DNA from: Hemiscyllium ocellatum
Taxonomy: Eukaryota
Length of the DNA stretch: 64,000 nucleotides
Reading direction: 5' to 3'
Assembly (NCBI RefSeq): GCF_020745735.1
Contig: NC_083445.1
Span: 1,550,001-1,614,000 of the forward strand
Position 1 is the first letter of the stretch. Every line of letters starts with the position of its first letter. The notes under the pieces were generated by a model. The model saw only the letters and a program-made list of their open reading frames with translations, was not told the origin of the DNA and made no database searches. Positions 56,800 through 64,000 of the stretch are shown piece after piece. The position numbers and the translations under genes are program-made.

Positions 56800-56932
56800 C
56801 ACTCCTGATGAAGGGCTTATGCTCGAAACGTCAACTCTCCTGCTCCTCAGCTGCTGCCTGACCGGCAGTACTTTTCCAGCATCACACTTTTTGACTCTGA
56901 TCTCCAGCATCTGCAGTCCTCATTTTCTCCTA
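56800..56932 (+). mobile_element. Penelope-type terminal fragment with hammerhead motif (56805-56832)
   Basis: CUGAUGA-A-GGGC-UUAU-GCUC-GAAA-CGUC followed by the same 3' sequence as 43626-43892. Confidence 0.75.
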
Positions 56933-57889
56933 GGTTGTCACTGTCTTTTCCAGTGGATTTGACACTGATTCCAGATGTCCTGTCCCACTCTTCCATTATC
57001 TAAACCTTACCCCTCCACAATACAGCCTCCATCTTCCCTTTCTCACTCCCTCCCTTCCCACTCCCCCTCTCTCAATGAAGCAGTCAGAATGGCATCATCG
57101 TCCCCTCACTGATTGCCATGCCCCTGGCTCTGTAGGAGTTCCTGGGACTCAGTGCCCTGTTTCTAGGGATTAACACAAAGAGCCAGAAATTAAGTACAAG
57201 ATATTGCCAGTGCATCAACCATGACACACAAGTGTCCATGTGTTATAACCTGTATGTCCTAAGATGATATTAAGACCATAAGACATAGGAGCAGGAGTTG
57301 GTCATTTGGCCCATCGAGTCTGCTCTTCCTCTAATCAGTGAGAGCTTGGCTGATCAGATAATTCTCAACTCCATTTTCTTGCCTTTTCTCTCTTTTCTTG
57401 TCATCTGTTAGATTAAGATTCATGTTCCAGCCTCTAGGTTTTATGAAAATATTGAATTGTAGAAAAATGGGTGAGACCGTCAGCCTATTGTGCCTGTGCA
57501 GGGTTTTGGAAAACATATACAATTCAATTCTCCCTCCCTGTGCTTTGCACATAACCCAACAGAATTTCTCCCTTCAGGCATGGAACAAATGGCAATTTTT
57601 GTTTGATTGGTTCACAGCATATGGGCATCACTGACTTGCCAGTGTATCAGAAGATTGTAGGGATACCTACCAAACTGGTACAGAGAGTGTTCTAGGGCTT
57701 TGACCCAGCAATAGCATCAAGCCTGGATATTGTCCAGGCTTTCTGCATTGAAGACTGCTTTAGTATCTGAGGAGTAGCAAAAGATGCTGAACATTGTGCA
57801 GTCAATAGCAAACATTCCCATTTCTGGCCAAACGATCAAGGGAAGATCATTAATAAAGCAGCTGAAGATGGTTGCACCCAGGAACTCAG

Positions 57890-58140
57890 AGGGCCCTCCT
57901 GTGGTGCAGAGACAATGTCCATGCCCCTGGACTAGGAGGCCAGGATTCAAGTTCCACCTGCTCCAGAGGCATATAATAATAGGTTGATTAGGAAAAGAGG
58001 TTAAAAAATACGCTGAAGAATTGGTGCTCTTGTTGTGCAGTGTTAGTGTCCCTGCCTCTGAGCCAGAAAACTTCTGTTCAAGTTCCACCTACTCCAAATG
58101 TGTGTCACAATATTTCTGAACAGGTTGATTAGCAAATATT
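57890..58140 (+). mobile_element. Two tandem ~125-bp tRNA-derived short elements inside a LINE
   Basis: TGTGGTGCAG(TG) A-box-like and TTCAAGTTCC B-box-like motifs, ending AGGTTGATTAG; related copies at ~3540-3635, 15320-15415 (-) and 54805-54905. Confidence 0.55.
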
Positions 58141-59476
58141 TACCCTGAGGAACTCCAACTGTGATGTCCTGGGATTGAAATGATTTATTTCCAGCAACCA
58201 CAATCAGCATCTTTTAATGCAAACATACAGGGTAGGAGCAGGAGGAAGCCAATTACCATTTAATAAGACAATAGCTGATCATCAAATTCACATTCCTGCC
58301 TATCCCCTGATATGCTCGGTCAATCTCACACCTCCACCCCATACCAGTAGCTATGTAGCAAGTACACTGCACCTGTATTAAACATGGCCAGGTCTCAAAG
58401 TCTAAAGGGAGTAGTCCTCAGTCAAATCAAGGGAACTTACTTTCAGTCAGGAGGTCCCAAACAATAAGTTAAGGGCAGCTTCTAACATCATTCCAAGGAT
58501 TGGATATGGTCAGTCTGTCATTTGGGTGATTGGGGGTCCAAACTCCGACAGTTTGGAAAGTTGACGTATGTCAGCTCTGTGTATCTGGTTCAACCAGTCC
58601 TGGAAGTTGCAGGAAATCAGTCAGGGAGCTGCGCAGGGGTTGGTCAGGAACATTACCAGTCATCAGTATTGGCTGGTCGTCCAAATCAGTCAACACATGG
58701 GTCAAGGCCTATTCTGCGGCTCCACCCTTGAAAAGTCATTGGTGTATTATCAGGGCTTATTGCTACAGGAGGAAAGCTGGGGAACTCAAATGTGAAAATT
58801 GGAAAATGTATGCAGGGGTATTCCAATTTGGAAAGTAGGGCAAATCAATATATTTTGAAGGGGGAAGATGATAGACCATGAAAGAACAATGCAGGGGGAG
58901 GTGAGTATCATCGATAGTCAGCAACACCCTTGCTTTGGTGAGATAGAGCACAACTATTATCTGGCATGTTGGCCCAATATAGCTGCAGTTGGGTGTAAAG
59001 TAAGCAGATGTAAATTTCGATAGATAGTTTGGGTAGGAGCTTGGGAAGCTCTTAGCCAGTGGGGTTGGGGGTACCGGGAGGAGAATGTGTATATTTGGGA
59101 GTTCATCAAGGGTAAGAGGCTGAGGCTGAGGCTGAGACTCACTGCATGAAACATGACGGCTGTTTCCTTCTGTCATGCTGCAAATAACAAGTGCAACAGA
59201 ACTGCAAATGGCTGCCATCATACCTGGAATGCGTTTCATTCCCTGGGATGGGACTTCAACTTTTGAAGATGTAAGGCCCTCCAAAGGTACAGCAACATCA
59301 TTACACAAACAACCATACAGTACAGCTGAAAGACACCTTCAAGCATTACCCATGTAATGAGATTTTTTAAATGCTTTTGTGATGAGGAAAGGTTGACAGA
59401 GAGGGGAGAAATAAACAATTTGTGAAGTCTTGGGGTTTCTTTTAAAGTTGGAGCAATAGATGCAGAACAAGGATTT

Positions 59477-59755
59477 TTAGATTTAGATTACTTACAGTGT
59501 GGAAACAGGCCCATCGGCTCAACAAGTCCACACCGACCCGCCACCCACCCATTCCCCTACATTTACCCCTTTACCTAACACTATGGGCAATTTAGCATGG
59601 CCAATTCACCTGACCCGCACATCTTTGGACTGTGAGAGGAAACCCACGCGGACAATGTGCAAACTCCACACAGTCAGTCGCCTGAGTCGGGAATTGAACC
59701 CGGGTCTCTGGTGCTGTGAGGCAGCAGTGCTGACCATTGTGCCACTGTGCCGCCC
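59477..59755 (-). mobile_element. HE1-like SINE (young subfamily, internally deleted) inserted in the LTR
   Basis: Same sequence family as 49755-50063. Confidence 0.88.
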
Positions 59756-59967
59756 ACACGGTTTTAGTTTTAGCTTTCAGTAGCAGTTGCTGATGGGGTC
59801 ATAAAGCTGGATGTGGAAGCTGTTATTCTTCTCTCTGTTACAGCTAAGAGCTTGGGCTATGTTCTTGCTGCTAGAATTTCTTGTGAGACAATCTATTTTA
59901 CTGAATTTGTCTTTGCCAAGGGTGCGTTTATGTGATGTTACTTTGTTGGAACAGTTACTTAGTAATA

Positions 59968-60650
59968 GTCACAGAGTCATTGAGATGTACAGCATGGAAG
60001 CAACGCCTCACATTTATCTAAATCATACTCCATCTGCTACTCCTCAGCCAGTGGCCCATCTGATCAAGATCCCGTTATACTCTGACGTAACCTTTTTCAC
60101 TGTCCACTACACCTCCAAGTTTGATATCGCCTGCAAATTTACTAACCATACTTCCTATATTCTCATGCAAATCATTTATATAAATGACAAAAAGCAGTGG
60201 GCCCAGCACCATCCTTGTGGCACACTGCTGGTCATAAGCCTCCAGTCTGAAAAGCAACCCTCCACCAACACCCTCTGTCTCATACCTTCAAGCCAGTTCT
60301 GTATCCAAATGGCGACTTCTCCCTATATTCCATGTGATCTAACCTTGTTAACCAGTCTACCACGAGGAATCTTATCAAAAGCATTACTGAATTCCGTATA
60401 GAGCAAGTCCACTGTTCTGTCCTCATCAATTCTCTTCATTACTTCTTCAAAAAACTCAATCACGTTAGTGGGACATGATTTCCCATGCACATTGACTATC
60501 CCTAATCAGTTTCCAAATGCATGTACATCCTGTTCCTTGGGATTCCCTTCAACAACTTGCCCACTTCTGATGTCAGCCTGTGGTTCCCTGGCTTTTCCTT
60601 ACCACCTTTCTTAAATAGTGGCATCATGATAGCCAACCTCCAGTCTACCT
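59968..60650 (-). mobile_element. CR1-type LINE RT fragment inserted in the LTR
   Basis: VLGPLLFVIYINDL...VSKFAGDIKLGGVVDSE. Confidence 0.85.
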
Positions 60651-62026
60651 AACCTGTAGTTTAAATTACCTTTTATTCTGTTAAGTTTTCCAATAGAGTT
60701 ATTCCAATTTAGAGTCATAGAGATGAATAGCATGGAAACAACTTCTTTTACTGTATTTTAACTATAGTGTATGAGTAAAGAGTATGTGTATGGATATGTG
60801 TTTTACTTCAAGACTGGTAGTTTGACCAATCAAATTGCATCCAGAATGCAACGTTTGGCACTCATCTTTAAAATAAGAAAAAGTTAGGGTCTCGGCTGTC
60901 TTCTTAATATATTTTGAAGGTATTTAGTCAGGTCTGTAACAAATTGCAGGCTTTTGTCGGGAGCAAAATCTCTAATTCCAGGTTGGGTCTAAGATTGTCT
61001 GACTCAAAGGCAGTGAGTGGGTGAGTGTCGGTACTTTTTATTTCAGAATTTGCGTTTGATTGGTTTAAACAGGGTGTGCCTTGTGTGGTGTTGGCTCTTT
61101 CAGTCACTATGAATTTCTGAGGGGTGGAAGAAGTCACTTCAGAAGTTTTACAGAAAGTGAGCAAGGCAAAACCTTTGGAATTGGCAGACACGCTGGAGTT
61201 GGAGTTGCCTTTGTCTATGTGTATAGGGAAGGTAATTGCAGCAATAATTCGATATTTATGTTTGCTGGAATAGTCATTAGAATTATTGGAAATTGCTAAA
61301 AATTCAATTGTAAATGAAGCAGCTTGAACATTTAAAGGAAATGAAACAGTTTGAATTGTTATTAAAAACAGAGGAAAAGGAAAAGGAAAGGAAGGCCCCA
61401 GTGGGAGAAAGAAAGAGTTTTTGAACTTCAGATGTTGGAACTAAAAACTCAAATTCGACTTAAAATGGCGGGGGTAGATGTGAAAGTTAAGAATATTGAT
61501 GGCAACAGTGATGGAAAGCAATTCCATCGTAGCCAAGGGACTGGTGGGATTTGTTTAAATACGTCCAAGCATTACCTAAGTTTGACAAGGATGTAGAAAA
61601 CTTTTTCATTTCATTTGAGTAATTGGCTAAACAAACAAAGTTAGTGGAAAAAGCTAGTGAGATATAGTACAGCATCACTATCAGAGCAGTTATCTGAGGA
61701 GTATGAGGAGGTGAAAAAAGTCATTTAAAGTGCATCTGAGCTAGTACCAGAAGCCTACAGAGAATGTTTTAGGAATCTAAGAAGAGAACCTGGTCGAATA
61801 TACGTAGAGTTTAACAGGATCAAACAAAATAATTTTGATAAGTGGTAAAGGCATTCAAATGGGTCAAACATATGGCACTCTTAGAGAGATAATTGTTTTG
61901 GAGGAGTTCAAAATTCATTTCCTAAAATAGGAAGAACTTGTGGAAGAGCAGAGAGTTAGCAACTGAAATTGCAGATGATTTTGAGTTAGTTCATAAATCA
62001 GAGTTTGCCTTCCGGCATCAATTTCG

Positions 62027-62165
62027 TAGAACATAGAACATTACAGCATAGAACAGGCCCTTTGGCCCTCGATGTTGTGCTGACCTGTGAAACCAATCTG
62101 AAGCCCATCTAACCTACACTATTCCATTCACATCCATATGCCTATCCAATGACCATTTAAATGTC
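62027..62165 (-). mobile_element. LINE 3' end ((ATGTTCT)n tail family) inserted in gag
   Basis: Same 3' end as 17278-17410. Confidence 0.8.
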
Positions 62166-62729
62166 CTGTGGGGGATAGAAATTAGGGAAAAGAAAAATCC
62201 TCAGTTGGTAAGGGAAAAGGAAATCTCATTGAAGATAGTAAATGTAGGTTATCAGATGGTGAAAAGGAAACTCATGGGGGGGGTGTTGGATGGGGAGGGG
62301 GGGCGGCAGTGAGAAGAGAAGTAAAAAGCTCAGGTGTTTTCACTGCAGTAAAATAGGCCACATGAAGTCACATTGTTGGTGGGTTAGAAGTTCTCATGAC
62401 CACATGATGTAACATCATTAACCAACACCACTAATGACTATGATGTACAAGCAGTGAGTTGTGGCCTAGAATGGTTCACTCTAGTTACCAAAGTAGCAAG
62501 CACCTTCCAGTAGTCTGCACTTGTTTCAGGAGCTGCTCACTTTATATCTTGGACCACAAAACCTTGTGTTGCATTAAGGATGGTGACGCTCTGCGTCTTC
62601 AATCTTGTGGCTGCAGCTAAACAGATACTTTGCTCGCACAAAGTGATGAAAAGTGAATATATATTTCCAAATGTAAAAACTTATTTACAATTAAGTGTTA
62701 CTTATGCCATCTATACGTCCACAAATAGT

Positions 62730-64000
62730 CTTAAGACCATAAGATGTAAGAGCAGGAGTCAGCCATCGAGTCCATCGAGTCAACCATTGAGACTCCATCG
62801 AGTCTACTCCACTCCATTCAATGAGATCGTGGCTGATCTGATAATCCTCAACTCAATTTTCCTGTCTTTACCCCACAACCTTGATTTCCTTGCTGATTAA
62901 AAGTCTGTCATATAACATGGGAACAAATCCTTCAGTCCAACTCATCCCTGCCAACCAGGTATCCTAAACTGATCTAACCCCTTTTGCCAGCATTTGGCTC
63001 ATATCTCTCTAAACCCTTCCTATTCGTGTACCCAAATTCCTTTTAAATGTTGTAATTGCACCACCTCCACCACTTCCTCTGGCAGCTTATTCCACACATG
63101 CACCACCCTCTGAGTAAAAGGTTGTCCCTCAGGTCTCTTTTAAATCTTTCCCCTCTCACCTTAAACTATGCCCTCTCATTTTTGGATACTCTACCCTTGG
63201 AAAAAGACCTTAGCTATTCACCCTATTCAAGTCAATCAGCCCTTAAAGTTACCCCTTAGGTCCCTTTTAAATCTTTCCCCCTCACCCTAATCCTATCCCC
63301 TCAAGTTCTGGATTCCTCCAACCCAGGGAAAGGACCTTGTCTATTCACCCTATCCATGCCCCTCATGGTTTTATAAACCTCTATAAGATCATCTCTCAGC
63401 CTCCAAAACTCCAGGGAGAAAAGCCCCAGACTATCCAGCCTCTCCCAATAGCTCAAACTCCCAGTCTTGGCAATATTCTTGTAAATCTTTTCTGAACCCT
63501 TTCAAGTTTCATATCATCTTTCATGGAGTAGGGAGGCCAGAATTGAATGCAATATTCTAAAAGTAGCCTCAACAACGTCCTGTACAGCCACAACATGACA
63601 TTCCAACTCCTTTACAAAATGCACTAACCAATGAAGGCAAGCGTGCCAAATGCTTTCTCCGGCACCTTGTCTATCTGTGACTCCACTTTCAAGGAGCTAT
63701 GCACCTACATCCCTTTGTCTGTTTGTTCAGCAACAGTCCCCAGGGTGCGACCATTAACTGTATAAGTCCTTTCCAAATTTATCTTACCAAAATGCAGCAT
63801 CTCACTTTGATCTAAATTAAACTCCCTCTGCCACTCCTCAGCCCATTGGCCCATTGGCCCATCTGATCAAGGTCATATTATGTCTGAGATAATTCTCTTC
63901 GCTGTCCGCTGCACCTCCAATTTTGGTGTAATCTGCAAATTAACTAACTATACCTCCTTTATTCACATCCAAATCATTTATATAAATGACTAAAAGCAGT
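62730..64000 (-). mobile_element. CR1-clade LINE 3' fragments running off the window end
   Basis: VIYINDL...FADYTKIGG...LERVQKRFTRILP on minus; internal duplication ~63120-63230 / 63250-63350. Confidence 0.85.

Larger units (their letters stand above)
59353..62395 (+). mobile_element. Gmr1-like Gypsy LTR retrotransposon remnant: 5' LTR (59353-60941, TGT..ACA), degenerate tRNA-Pro-type PBS (~60944-60962), decayed gag with SCAN-like capsid region and CCHC knuckle
   Basis: DLFKYVQALPKFDKDVENFFISFE; YEEVKKVI..ASELVPEAYRECFRNLRREPG..YVEF..IKQNNFDKW; LREIIVLEEFK; CFHCSKIGHMKSHC at 62335-62376. Confidence 0.82.

Noticed and set aside
58763-59308. 181-aa minus-strand ORF and a nearby weak Harbinger-like peptide (TSLHKQPYSTAERH)
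   Set aside because: No convincing family motifs by eye; would need tBLASTx or HMM searches.

Overview
Eukaryotic (vertebrate) genomic DNA. The repeat content (HE1-type tRNA-derived SINEs, CR1/HER1-type LINEs, Penelope fragments, CACACTGACTCTCACTGGGGTAC-type satellite) points to a cartilaginous fish, probably a shark (inference). Two complete spliced protein-coding genes lie in tandem on the minus strand, both reconstructed by hand with GT-AG boundaries and consistent phases: YJU2B/CCDC130 (CDS 40958->32686, 9 coding exons, 384 aa, CpG promoter ~41.6-41.9 kb) and GTF2F1/RAP74 (CDS 25615->4936, 13 coding exons, 530 aa, GC-rich promoter ~26.2-26.4 kb). Between them is a frameshifted processed pseudogene of RPS15A. 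The rest is dense, nested transposon debris (CR1/L2, Rex1, RTE, Penelope, a Gmr1-like Gypsy with SCAN-type gag, a Tigger-like MITE, SINEs) plus many minisatellites, which produce most of the long ORFs in the ORF track. The most unusual structures are: an 817-bp near-perfect palindrome (51324-52140) whose right arm is bracketed by a 7-bp direct repeat; several minimal hammerhead-ribozyme motifs carried by Penelope-type termini (one apparently intact at 25012-25046, one inside a 267-bp insertion with a 14-bp TSD); two in-register inverted satellite arms around a 483-bp unique core (1-1935); and minisatellites that appear to have been seeded from a splice donor or GC-shifted from a longer repeat. 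I did not find a convincing new protein-coding system.
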